From NCBI GenBank assembly GCA_973851085.1, contig OZ316776.1:15438001-15502000 (forward strand): a DNA stretch of 64,000 nt, read 5' to 3'. This document shows, piece by piece, positions 30,301 to 43,809 of this stretch. The notes beneath the pieces are model-generated. The model was not told where the DNA came from, made no database searches, and saw nothing but the letters and a program-made list of their open reading frames with translations. Both the position numbers and the translations under genes were made by a program. This DNA is from Ptychomitrium polyphyllum. Taxonomy: Eukaryota. Every line of letters starts with the position of its first letter. The first letter of the stretch is position 1.

Positions 30301-30793
30301 CTCAGTCAAAGCAGTACTACCTCTGCAATTTAAAAAACGTGGGTTAATTTAAAAAGGAATAAGTATCTCTATACCACTAACATGTATCCAATGGGGTGGA
30401 AAGACACTTTGTTCACACCAACCCCTTCTTGGACCAGAGTTGTTGTTGTGCTTCTTCCATAAACCCAACTTGGAAACAAAAGAAAACAATTTTCCTTAGA
30501 ATGGTTATCAAGATTTCAAAGGACGATAGAAATGAGTCACTCTAATAATAGAAAGCTACTTGAGTCCCCTGTGTAAATATTGCCCAAGAATTGATGTCTC
30601 AACTGAAGAGATTTCTCCTGGTTGATGTTGTCCCTTCTGGTTTCTACAGATAGGACCCTGCTATTGTAAGTACAGGTAAAGTGCAATAACCCAAGATTAC
30701 TACAAAGAACATTCAACTCAAGACATCCTAACATAAAGGCCAATTTGAAACCATCTACTTGAATTATATCAAATGCTCACAAATTATCATTCT

Positions 30794-31016
30794 CTTTTCC
30801 GAGCCTTTTTCTCCTAGTCCGTTGGGAAGCTTTTCCGAGCCTTTTTCTCCTAGTCCGTTGGGAATCTTTTCCAAGCCTTTTTTCTCCTAGTCCGTTGGGA
30901 ATCTTTTCCAAGCCTTTTTTCTCCTAGTCCGTTGGGAATCTTTTCCAAGCCTTTTTTCTCCTAGTCCGTTGGGAATCTTTTCCAAGCCTTTTTTCTCCTA
31001 ATCCGTTGGGAAGCTT
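30794..31016. repeat. Tandem repeat, 36-37-bp unit, 6 copies
   Basis: Unit cttttcc(g/a)agccttttt(t)ctcctagtccgttgggaa(g/t) at 30794, 30830, 30866, 30903, 30940 and 30977, head-to-tail with no spacers. Confidence 0.95.
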
Positions 31017-34000
31017 AAGCTTAAGCAGAGGGCCACGATTACCTCAATGGGAGCTTTATCACCCTCTTTGCAAACAATCTCTGTCACCTACACCACCTCT
31101 GCAGGAAGGTGCTCAACCTGGACATCCTCAGTACACCATGTTGAAGGAGTCAATGCCAACTAACAATGTGGGTGCCATTTTGTCTGCACAATCACATGGA
31201 GTTGTAAGCTTTATGCTTGGCTTGCAAGTGAAGGTTTGATTGGTAAATATATTCAACATCATTCTGTCATAACATTGTATAGTGGCCTCTCCATACACCC
31301 TCTCTAAAAAGAGATAATTCCATCATTTAAGGATATGATTCCTTCTTAAGAAATGTGTTTTGATTACAAAGTGAGGAAGTTTATCCACCAAGCCATCAAA
31401 CTAAACTCATGCTTTCATACAATTACTCAACATGGTCTCACTATCATTTATTATTAATTTCCCATTTTCTAATATGAGAAAGAGTTGCTCAATTACTAAA
31501 GAATGTTTTGATGAAGAGTAGTATAAGGTAAGTTGGGCTTATATCCACATTGTAAAGCATGGATAATTTAAGAGTATTTCAAAAAAATGAATATTATTTT
31601 TGATGGATGAACGCCAAGGTTTGAAAGTCATTGCAAGTTGAATTTTAGTAACCAAAAACCAAAATTGAATTAATTGTAACTTTTAGAGGGTGTTTTTGCA
31701 AAAAAGCATAAAACACTAGGAGGTCATTATATTAATCATCCATATAAAAATTGGTAACTACTATTTCATGCATGTACAATCATTTAAACTTCATTCAAAA
31801 ATCACCATAGAACAAGCCTATAAGCACTACATGGATTTTTTAAAAAATCAAGTGCAAAAATCACTTCTTCTCCACTACTACTATTCCATGAGTCCATTTG
31901 CATGTAAGAATAACTCCATTACTACCATTGTCTTATCCATTTTCCACCTCATTATGTTTCTGGTGGTTATTGAACACATGCTTGGTGGTTAATGGTAATG
32001 ATAATAGCTTTGCTTACGTCATTTATATTTGAGTATTCTTTAATATTTCATAATCAATTTTAAGCAATATTGGTGAATACATCTATTATTATTACTATCC
32101 TTTTACCTTTTATATGTGTAACTTTCATATTTTATAGTGCCTTTCTTGTTTTTATACTTATAATAATGAAGATGTCCAAAACTTGAAATATTAACTTTAT
32201 TGAGATGTAACCATTTCTTCATATAGTTGCACTTTATATTTCAAAAAAACATTTTAATTGAATTTAAAAAGCTTGAAAAATTTGTTGGTGGCAATTGAAT
32301 CAAAATGAAATTAAAACGCTTCACTAAACCATAATTTTTGGTAAAAGAAAGTTTTTAATTGAAGTTTTTCTAATATTGTTTATTTAATCCACCAAAAAAA
32401 TGTTGGAAATTTATATCATCTTCACAAAGAAGGCACATTTATTGTTGTAGTTCTAATGGATCATTTTCCATTAAAATATAAATGAAACAAATTCGATTTG
32501 TTCATCCATCCAAAATTTCTTGATTTTTGTATTAATTGGTTACAATTGTAGAATACAAAATTATAGACTAAATAATTAGAGTCATACTTTGAAAAGTTGT
32601 TGCAGCTACGGAGTAGGGCAACTTCAAATGTTTTAGAAAAACATTAAACTTAAAATAAATTTTAAGCCAGAAAACTGGAAATTAATTAAATGATCTCATC
32701 CATATTCCTATTTTGGAACGTTCGGAACAATCTCTAGTCATTCTGACCACAGAAAAAAATTTAAATCAATAAATTGTTTGAGAAGTTAACCTTGTTATTC
32801 AAAACAACAAATCTTCTCCCTACAGTCACAACAAGAAGCCTATTTAAAACTCGAATCTTGGTCAAAATAAAAAAACATTCAAAGGTGGATTTGTAATTAA
32901 ATATAATGTGATTATATAAAAAATAATTTCGAATTTCTGAAGTTTTTAATAAATTGCAAAAAAAAAAAAACTTATTAATTTTATATTAAGTCATAAGAAT
33001 AATTTTGAAATTACATCGACAATATTTGGTTATTTGAAAATGAATATGGTGGATTGATTGTGTCATAATTTTCTTCATTTTTTTATGTTATATTCAAATT
33101 TGACAAGCATCAAACCTTTTACAACATATCTTTGACATGCATTCATCCCTTTTAGTTTAATGAATAAAATTTACTTTGTCTCATGTTTATAGAAACATTT
33201 TCTATTTCAGTTTAAATCAAGTTATCAATTTTTTTCTTAAAATTAAATTAAATAAGTTCTTAAAAATGTATTTATAGAATCATAAATTAAAATATATTTG
33301 ATTTCACCAAATAGATTTTAAATTATCTATACAAAATATCAACAAATTTTTTTATGAATCATTAATTATAATTAGATAAAGATCAAAGGTCACATCTAGA
33401 AAGTAAAGTTTGTGATTATACAATATCCGGAATATTATTAGTTTTTCAAAACGTTATTCAAAATCGAAATTTATGTGACATATTTAATCTTTGATTTTTT
33501 AAAATAATTCTCCACCTATGAACTATAATAGATTATTGTGTTTGTAATTTTTTCTTAGAGGAAGGAGTTTAAGAATGTTTTTTATAAAATTTTGAATGGT
33601 ATACGAATTAATCATATACTTTCTTCAAACTACCAATTTGGCACATTTATGTATAAAGGTTAATATATATTGAAGGAGAATATGCATTTATAATCATCAT
33701 CAATTTGTGGATACAATTATTTCTTTATGATGTAGGTATTTTAAAAAGGTATGGAGAAAAAGGAAAGAATAAGGAAGAGTTGGGGAGGATGATCGCCTTT
33801 TAAATAAATTCATAATTTATTATGCTTAACTTTAGTAAAGTAATCGATACAAAATATAATAAATAAATATTTTAATTGTATATATATTGTATATTTTCAT
33901 AATAAATAGTTTTAAACTTACAATCCATGTCTAAATAGATGACATAATTACATTCATCAAATTTTAGAAATTTTGCTTAGTTTTATTAAATTATAGAATA

Positions 34001-37000
34001 AAAATCTATTTATAAAAATTCAATTATATTTTAAAATACACCATATATTAAATTATATTATTTTATGTAGTAATTTGGTTAATTTAATCATTGATTTTGA
34101 AATTTTTGAAATTTTGAAAATTTTGAAAATTATGATCACTTTTTATCTAAAAGGGATCATAATGACAACTTATAAATTTGTAAATATCAAATTTATACAA
34201 AAATGAATAACCATTCTTTTGAATATAAGAGTATAATTACAAATGCTTTAGAATTTTGCAATTACAATTATTCCATACAAATTCTTGTATAGATATAAAT
34301 GCCCACTTTTAAATTCAAAATTGTTTTTGGTATTTCATTATTTTGCAAGAGCTTTACATAAATATTAAGCCAATATTTAAGAATTGATTGATTCAAAAAT
34401 TCCACAAAATCATTGAAGTTTAAATTTGTAAAATATTACATTAAAGTTGATTAATTCTAGTTTTAAAATATTTTCATATAAACAATGAATTAATATCTGA
34501 ATATTTAAGAAAATAAAGTAAAATGATATGTCAATTGTCTTACACTTGCTGTTTATAACCTTTATTGCAAAATACTTATAAAGATGCTACAACTTTATTG
34601 CAAGTACTTTTAGCAAAGGTTACATATAAAATCAAATAAGACTTTGCAACAAAGAAATTTAATTGTCTATTAATGTTTTCAAGATTAGCTTTATCAACAA
34701 TATAGGTATCAAATCAAAATTTTAAATATTAAAATCCAAAATTTGATGTAATTTGTTAAAATTATATTTTATATCAAATTCAAATTGAAAATGCACAAGT
34801 ATTATCTTATACTAGAAGATTGTAGACAGTATATTATTTTATGAACTTGATAAAACTAAACAAGAATCAAATTAAAATTTTTATGCTATAAATTAGTTTA
34901 TATTTATACATTTTTGTAGATACACTAGCTTAGCACTCATAGCAAATAATCATAAAAGTATAAAATGTAATTGTAATATCAACTAGTAAAATCCTTATTG
35001 TAATATTTGGAATTGATAACATAGATGTAATACAATTTAATAACATTTGTAAGTTTGATTTGTTATTATGGTGGATCAAATTAATTCAATAGTAATTGAT
35101 TGTCTTTTAGTTTTTTTTAAAAATAATAAAATAGAAATGACTTGATGTATAGTAATAATTTTTATATTTTTTAGTATTTGTTCAATGGAAAATTTTAGTT
35201 TTTAAAATACTTCATGTAGTTTTTTGTTTAGAATTAATGAAAATGACTATTGTCAATGCAATATTTCATCATACTTTTTGAATGTTACATATAAAGTGCA
35301 ATAATTTATTTGATTTGGAAAAAACATTATTTATGATTCTTTTTCATTATAATATGTAAATTATATAAATTGTGTTAAAACTAGAATTGGATGTTATGGT
35401 GGTTTCATTTTAATTTAGAAATCTACGTATGCAAATAGCACCAAGTTTGAATTGAACATTAGTATGACATCTTCAATTTCTACATGTACAAGGTAAAAGT
35501 CATTGAAGAATTATGTTTTTAAAGAGATTAACATCAACTGCTTTAGCATTCATTAATTTGGAAATTTTAAAATTACTTGTAATGCTAATAATTTAATAAG
35601 CTTTTAAAAAAAATTATCACAACTTTTGACTCTTCATGCATATATATGTTATTGTATATTAAATTTTATATATAGCCATAAATTAGAATTTAGTGAATTA
35701 CAAATATAACATGTTATGAAGAAAATCTTTTTAATTCAAGAACTATTTGCACGCATTTTTATATAATTTGATCATATTTAAATTCAATTTTTAAAATTTT
35801 TGTGATTGACTATTACAAGATGTTTGATTGTCAATATCATCATTTGTTAATTTATCTACGTTGAAAAATGATTCTACAATTATTTAAAGGTTTATTTTCT
35901 ATCATATTTTATGAGATTTTTTTGTATATATTTAATTGGATCTTACAAGGAATCTATTTAATAAAATTCCATTGGTCTTTTCATAAAAAATAAAGAATAA
36001 GATGTCCATTTTTATAAAGGTACATTGGACCATAGTATTCTTCAAAGTTTATTTTATAAATTAGTTTAAATGCTTATTCATTGCCATCGATATTGTGGCT
36101 ATTCAAATTTCTAAAGGTCCGTGTCATGTAAAAATAATTGATTAAGTTTCTACTATTACATAAATATTAATGTATTGCATTGTATAAATTTCATGATTAG
36201 ATATTACTTCTTCAATTACAAATGTATGCATTTTGTAAAACTTCATTTAAACATTTAAAACATCTTCACAACATCCTCATAATATTTTTTCTTTCATGAT
36301 ATTGGTTCTTATCAAAACAAATATTTCAACATCTTTTATCATGCCTACGTCTTTTATTGATTGAGCATGTTTTTAAACCTTGGCAATTATCACTATAGAC
36401 CTAATACAACTTTGTTTTGTTTTAAACTTTTACCTTTAACTCAAGCACTAGTGTCTAGGTTTTTCATCCAATAAAAATCAATGTGTACAATACACACTTT
36501 TGATTTGATTATTTGTGATTTTAACAATTATGCTTTATGTCAGATTTTAAATTGAAGTATATGCAAATACAAATACAATGGGACTACATTCAACTTTTAC
36601 TTTTATAATTTGTAAAAGCTCCTTTAAATGATTCTCACTGATCACAATTTAAATTTACAAATATTTCTAGTTGAGACAACAAACAACTATTCCACCGTCC
36701 TCTACATTAAAGTATGGAAAATGGAAAAATGGATGTACTTTTGTGTGGAAGGTCGGTAAAGATAGGAAGCTCATGTAGAGAAGGTTCTTCACTATGGCGG
36801 TGTATGTTAAAGAAGCAGATTTCCCCGTTGACTAAAAACCACTTACGTTACACTAATACGCTGTTACAGCGTCCACTGCACATCGACGATGGTACGCCGT
36901 GCACAGTCGCCAACTACCTCGCTCCCTCTCGGGCTCTGACTTCACCGTCAACCCCGACGACGACTTCAAACCCACAAAGGCGAGTATTCTACATCCCCGT

Positions 37001-37824
37001 CTCAACCGATACTGGGGTGATACTCAGGTCCGGTATCCTGGGTTGGAAAACCGTGCAACAGGTAGCCAGATAATACAATCACATACCTGAATGTTACCCG
37101 GTTCATACCCAGTCGATACCGTTTTGATACTTATGATTAAACCCGTGATACTTGTGCCGGATATCAGCGGTGGCCTTCGCCTGTGTACAGTGATGCGTGC
37201 AAGTCCCATGCAAGTGCAGGCGCTGGAAAGCGCCTGGCCAAGGCCGTCGTCGTGCTCCATGATTCATTCAGCGTGACCGCGGCGATGTCGACTGCTGCGC
37301 AAGTTGCTAGCTGGGCTTTGAAGGACGAGCCCGCGGACACTAACGGAGGAAATCTCTCTGAAACGCCATTTCAGGCCTTTTGAAAATTATCCGTCTAGCT
37401 TCATCTCAGTTAGTCGACGCTGGCTGTTACGCTTCCGCGAGAGACGTCGCTGAAACTGGTGCGAAGGTCAGCCCCGAGTGGACCATTTCACTTGACTTTG
37501 GGGCCAGTCATTTCGGCTTGGTTACCTGGGATCCTGACCTTTAGTGGCCTGCTTTTTGAACTTTTTTGCAAATGGAGGACTGGCTGTGCTGCTTGGCTTG
37601 CATATGGGTCCGGATCAATTAATTTTGAGAGGTAAGTTCTGCTAAGTGGTTGAAAACCAGTTTTTGTAACCACAGCTTGCAACGCGCCGTTGAGGTTCGA
37701 AGTAGGATGGAGCAAGCTTGTCCAGCAAAGTCAGACAATCAGCTAGTCCAAGTTCGCGTAGAGTTTTCTTGTCGTTTGCTTGCCCGAAAATCAGCAACTT
37801 GGCGAATGAGTCTCGATCGAGCCA

Positions 37825-37830
37825 TATATA
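37825..37830 (+). promoter_or_regulatory. Putative TATA box of the peroxidase gene
   Basis: TATATA in ccatatatagg about 205 nt upstream of the ATG at 38035. Confidence 0.45.
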
Positions 37831-38034
37831 GGCATCTTTGAGGTGCGATCATACATCAGTACCCCACTTTCAATCTTTCACTATAACGTGATTGAGCATT
37901 CTCGACAGATACATGTATTTGAATTGCAACTCCTTCCCTGTGGATCAATAAGTCCTAGCTTCACTTTCTGAGCCGTTGTGTGAGACCAGTGGGCTCTGAC
38001 CTCAGATCAAATCTGTGCACAATTTAGTTCAGAG

Positions 38035-39535
38035 ATGGCAGCTTTTAATTCCAGCACGGTTTCACGGGGTGAGAAGCCTCGACTATTGCGACTCATAACC
38101 CTGCTAATCGCAGCTGCGTGTTTGCATCAGCATGGAGCCAACGGAGCACTGCAAGTGGGGTTCTACAACGACATTTGCAGCAGAGCTGAATCCATTGTCA
38201 AGAGTGCAGTTCAAACAGCTGTATCCTCGGACAAAACTATAGCCGCTAGTATCATTCGATTGCATTTTCACGACTGCTTTGTCGAGGTAAGATTCCGAAC
38301 TTTTCGATGGTATTAATTTGGGAACCATCTGCGCTTCAGGGAGCCCTTTCAGCAACCTGAAGGTGACCTCTATATTATGGTAAGCCCGACGACGCACTAC
38401 TGGAACTAAATTCAAATCTGAATTTGTATGTAATATTCAGGGTTGCGATGCATCAATACTTCTGACTGGATCCGGCACCGAGCAAAGTGCGCCCCCCAAC
38501 CTATCAGTGAGGGGATACAGTGTCATCACTGATGCGAAGTCCAAGTTGGAAGCCAGTTGCCCTGGAGTGGTTTCCTGTGCCGATATTGTTGCCCTTGCTG
38601 CTCGAGACTCCATTGAAATTGTAAGCATATATATCATTTTACTGAGTTTTACAATCATTACTTCGCAAATCATCAACTAAAGCAATATTTTAGTTCTGGA
38701 AACCAGCTGACCTTTATTTTTGGGTAATTAAATTTAGTCTTAATTTTGTGATTAAGCAGTAATTAAGCAGTTCCCAACTCTGTTTTCCTTTCACAGCTTG
38801 GTGGAGCCCCTTACGATGCAGAGACCGGTCGCTTCGATGGCACTGCCCCAGGCAGCAATGTGAATTTACCCAGCCCGAGTATGACTGTTGATGAGGCCAC
38901 TCCATTCTTCACTGAACTTGGTCTCACCCAGGAAGACATGGTCACCCTCCTTGGTAATGAATAGTTAACCCTGTCTGAAACCATGACTCGGTATGTCATA
39001 TGATTCTTTTATATATTAACTTCGAATATACTATCATTTTGAGAACTTGTGTATAACATTGATTTGATTAAAAAGGATCTCTTTGCAAGCATATTTTCTT
39101 AGCAGCTCATTAAAGTTTTGACCTTTATTATTGACAGGTGCACATACAGTTGGTGTCTCCCAGTGCCAATTCTTCGTAGACCGCTTGTACAATTTCGAGG
39201 GGACTGGCAAACCTGACCCAAGTTTGGACATTACGTACTTGACCAAGCTTCAGTCGCTGTGCCCAAATGTGCAAGGTGACACCACCAACGTGGCCATGGA
39301 CGAAAACTCCGAGTTTTCGTTTGACACGAGCTACTTCAGGAATATTCAGGCAAGCAAGGGAGTGCTTCGAATCGACCAGGAAATCGCCAACGATGCCAGC
39401 ACCAGTGGCAGGGTGAATATCCTGGCTGCGTGGTCGCGGTCTTTCAGTGCAGATTTCGGGGCCTCCATGATTGCCATGGGAAGAATCGGGGTCTTGACCT
39501 CAGGCAGTGTTCGAGCAATTTGCGAATCAGCTTAA
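38035..39535 (+). CDS. Class III secretory heme peroxidase, 4 exons, ~328 aa
   Basis: Exons 38035-38286, 38441-38620, 38797-38953 and 39138-39535 (987 nt; the classical 3-intron layout). Hydrophobic signal peptide, distal motif [34 protein letters not shown], proximal-His motif DMVTLLGAHTVG, and all 8 conserved Cys. Confidence 0.97.
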
Positions 39536-39620
39536 ACAATATTGTACTCTATATCAAACCTGAGTATCACATCCCAGATCGATCACAAGTTCACAATTAT
39601 CTGAATAAGATGTTTGATTA

Positions 39621-39713
39621 GTACAGATTAGTGGATACCTTGTACAGATTAGTGGATACCTTGTACAGATTAGTGGATACCTTGTACAGATTAGTGGATA
39701 CCTTGTACAGATT
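39621..39713. repeat. Perfect tandem repeat, 21-bp unit, ~4.4 copies, just downstream of the peroxidase stop
   Basis: gtacagattagtggatacctt at 39621, 39642, 39663 and 39684, partial at 39705. Confidence 0.95.
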
Positions 39714-41927
39714 CTTTTGGATGATTTGGAGCTAATTACTAGAAAACATAAATTGTTCCTCTAAACGTGAGAGGACTACCTAGTTCCAATCATCTCCTAA
39801 GTAATAATTCTTTAGAAATTCTTTATGAATGGGAGTGTTGCTTCTAAGAGCATTGAGCTGTTGCAAAATGAACACACAAGCTTTATGTCAACTCACACTA
39901 TCCATTGAGGAAGTGGATGTGCTGCAATACTTTCAAGTTTCTTCCAAATATATATTATATAACTTGTTCTAGTCTTATGGATATGACATGGTTGTAAATT
40001 GAATGTTATTACCCAACATTTAGTAATCAGCAAGTTTAGCAACTTCTCCAATCTCTTAAAGCTAGAATAAGGAGCCTATACCCAATAACTTTACAGTGCT
40101 TTCATGCTTTTTGCACTGAGCATGTCATGCTATCATTGTTGTACACTGACAACTCTACAACAAATTAGCACTTAAAGTCTCTAAGCATATGCACAGGCTC
40201 CAAGCCAAACTTGGGACCACCAGCATAAAAAGGTCTCATGTATTGAAAAATGCACACCTTTGATAACCAAGTTGGCAACATATTAGGTTCATCGAAGTGT
40301 GTATGCATATTGAAGATGTCAAATACTGTGTCAATTGCACTTTCCTAAATGCAAAAATTGTAAGGATTTTGTTAAATATACTTTGTTAAATTTTGGAGGT
40401 TGTGAAGCTGTTGTTGAATTTTCTTACAAGTTCAATTTACATCAAACCATCTGAATATCTGTGGGAACTTCACAAAGTTATATGTGATATCTTGGAAGAA
40501 ACTTAAATCATTATATGTGTTGAAGCATACCCACCACTTCAATGATTTGTGTGACTTGGCATAAAGCTTGTATATGCATTTTGTGGCTGTTTGAATGCTC
40601 ACAGAATATGCATGTTTTGGGGTGAACACTAGTATAAAACAGCTAGCCAATGCTGTTGGAATCCCTTGTGGAACATCTGAAGGTCTGATCCTTTATGCTT
40701 TTAAGTACATCACAGGATAGCACAAATGATGAAGATATCATGTGCAAGATATCACACTATGACCATGTGGCTGCTTTTGTGATCCCCTCAAATGCACCAC
40801 AGGAACACCACCCATCCCTGCAGGTTCAACATGGATCCCATATTAAAATATGAAACCTCCAAAGATCATTTCTATGGCATGTGACCAAACCAACAGGCTC
40901 AAAGGGAGACAAATCATTAGAGAGGTAGGTGGCCATACTCGACAGGGTAGTTGACAGCAGGCACAACACATTGATAATCTCTTTTAGAGCTTTGGTAACA
41001 GAAATTTATCAAACATGCTCAAGTTCCAAGCATTCTTACCATAACATGCCTGTGCCTACTTATCAAATTTTTCTGCTCCTCAAACATCTCAGTTTGAAAT
41101 TAGAAACTAAATTCTTTCTGTTTCTTATGATTATCAGGCCCTGCTCAAGAGTGCAAAATGTAAGTCATGTCAAAGCATAGACTCCTTATCCATATAGAGC
41201 TTGTGCTATATAAATAGGCAATGTAACATAAGCTTGAACAGCCTGGTTCCATCTCACAGACTGGTGTCATCTCACAGAATACAGCTTAAAAAACTGCCCA
41301 CCTTTCTAAATCTTTGTGAACAAGATTGTGCACTCTGAGTCTTCACAGTCCTTCCCAAGGGCCACTTTGAAGTAGTCCTTCCTTTCAAAATTGACATGCT
41401 GGTTAGAACTCAGGATCAACCTCAAGAAAGTACTTGAGGAATAGGCAGAAACGTTGTCTGATTCAGGTACACTAGAACTGACTGATGAAACTCTACATTC
41501 TATTTAAATTGCAAGCTGATAGCATAGATGTCTGTCACAACTTGCTTGAAAGGGATCACGATTCCAAGGAATTGACAGTTTAATCAAGAGTCTTCAATCA
41601 ACGTCAGAGCTTACAGGTTCTAGAAATTAATATAGCAATAAATTTACAAATATAGCTCACCTACTAGTAAACCTGGTGACACAAACTCCGCTCCTTATTT
41701 CACAAGGCAGATCCTTTGCTCCGGTCACCTGATGAATACTTACCCTAACCTACGGTTACACTAATTTACTGCACATTTTACTAACGTCATGGATTTGTTA
41801 CATATATGTACACCGTTACCAGCCACGTCGAATCTGTAGGCTCTGCACCAATCCGCTGAAGTGCTCAATTTAAATTTGGGAAGAGAATTCCTTGTTTATA
41901 GTGTTCTTTTCAGACGAAATTAAAATC

Positions 41928-43809
41928 CTACACAGAATGTTCAGCAAGAGGCTTGAGCTGGAGCTTGGGGTTAAGTAGTTTGAGACGACGTCGGCAAGAG
42001 GGAGAAATGCTCATGCCCCAAACATTGATAGATTCGAGTTCAGGACAGCCCTCGACCAATGCCAGCAATCCCATTTCTGTCACGTGGCGGCAGCACCAAA
42101 GGTTGATGCACTGAAAGGAGGGAATTACATGGGTGAGGATAGGGTCAGATGCAATGTTTATGTAGATCTCCTTAGCCTACATGCTACAACGGACCATTTC
42201 TGTCACGTGGAGTGAGTTTTTGTTAAGAAAGTAAGCTAGGAGTGCATGAATTCAAAGACCCTTCAAAGAAATAAATATATTTTTGAGAACCTTAAGAAAT
42301 TTGCAGTGAGACGCGATGGCTAAAATAGAGATGTCGGTGATGAAAGTTCCGCCGACGTTGAAATGCTCGAGTGACACTGCCCCTGTAACCTACATGGGTT
42401 ACAAACATTGGTCAGATTACACCAGCAATTCTGCAACAGATTTTCTTCCAAAAAAGTAATACTAGTTAGATATGCAATTCTGAGATAAAGTTAACGGTGA
42501 CACGAGGATAAGCAAAAAAAATCGACGTGGAAACGGCAATAGAAAATACTACTGAAAATGGTGAGAAGAACTTATATTTGCACTCAACAAGTTGGCCTTT
42601 TCCAGGAAATAGTGGAATGGCAACCGTAGTTTTACCAATTGCACAACACCCTTATCGGTAATGGCTGTCACGCCCCACAGTGAGATTGAGGTGAGCTTGG
42701 GACAACACTTGGCCAGGAAAATTTGGAGCAACCCTGCGTCGGTGATTCGGCAGCCCCACCTTCCATTCGAACTGCAATCGCACGTGCACAAAATCAGAGA
42801 AAGGATTCAACACATCGCCTCTTGTTGCTACGATGATGTTTTCTTCTACTATCCCAATATCATCTCATGGTTCTTTTGCCCCCAGAAAAGAAGTGAAGAT
42901 ATTTGGAAACGATGTAAATGCAATAACAAGAAGGATGTTGCGTCTTACATATTAAGTTCCTTGAGGCTGCCGGCTGCTTCCACCAAGCGTGAAATGGCAG
43001 CATCGTCAGGACGCCACCCTGCAAAACTAAGTTTGGATTGACAGGCCAACGCCTGCCGGATGCCTTCTTGCCAGCGCTTGCACACTCTACTCGCCCTGCC
43101 AGGAACAATTCACGGTCCTATAAATAAGGTCAAGCACTCAAGCTTAAAGTACTATACAATTTCGTGACCCACATCATACAAATTCGCCGAAGTTATTTCC
43201 GACACCTGCCTTTCGAATTTTCAAGGCCTCAGCCTCTCAAGCTCAAAATGGGCAAAAAGCTTTCCAGGTGACAAATCAGCGTAACAAGAAACCACGCCAC
43301 TCAACTCCTTGTAAACAAGACAGGACTTCAAGTTTGCAACTCATGGCAGATCTGGGAAGAACACAAAGACGTGCACTCACAAGCACAACGAAGCTTGTTG
43401 CAATAGTAACATCAAACCAAACAAATTCAAAATAATAGAGTTCTCTTGTGGAGGATTAAAGGATCAGCAATAGAGGTAGGAGAGGAAGGTAGGAGAGGGG
43501 GGTATGAGAGGGAGGAACTAATGATTACAAAGCTAAGTCTTGAAAAGAGTCGAGACGGGAGAAGCACTGCGCCAGAACGTCCTCCGGCAACACGTCGCAC
43601 AGACACGATTTCTCCTCAACGAGCGTCACAGCAGCAGCAGAAGCAGCAACAACCGCCTTACTACTCCTTGAACGCACCCTCACCGTGTCGTCATCATTTC
43701 CGAGCAAGACCCGGCGCTTGAGCCCTTGCACCCTGCAGCTCTTGGTGCCCATCATCTGGAGACTCAGTAATGCCGCGGCTGCCGAATTCGCCATCGTGAT
43801 CGTCCCCAT
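41928..43809 (-). CDS. F-box/leucine-rich-repeat (RNI-like) protein, At5g67140-like, 5 exons, ~281 aa
   Basis: Exons 43529-43809, 42949-43095, 42636-42771, 42291-42389 and 41928-42110, GT-AG and in frame (846 nt). F-box LPEDVLAQCFSRL...ASRVCKRW followed by LRRs (LSFAGW, WGCRITDAGL, ISLWGVTAITDKGV, FNVGGTFITD, INLWCCRHVTEMGL, ESINVWG). Start codon uncertain (several in-frame ATGs). The Arabidopsis likeness is from memory. Confidence 0.9.

Noticed and set aside
30794..31016. CRISPR-like array (36-37-bp repeats)
   Set aside because: Units are head-to-tail with no unique spacers, there are no cas genes, and the context is eukaryotic.
19800..36700. Scattered 60-100-aa ORFs and possible transposon coding remnants in the AT-rich desert
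   Set aside because: Compositions typical of random AT-rich DNA; I recognised no RT, integrase, transposase or helicase motif, nor paired LTRs or TIRs.
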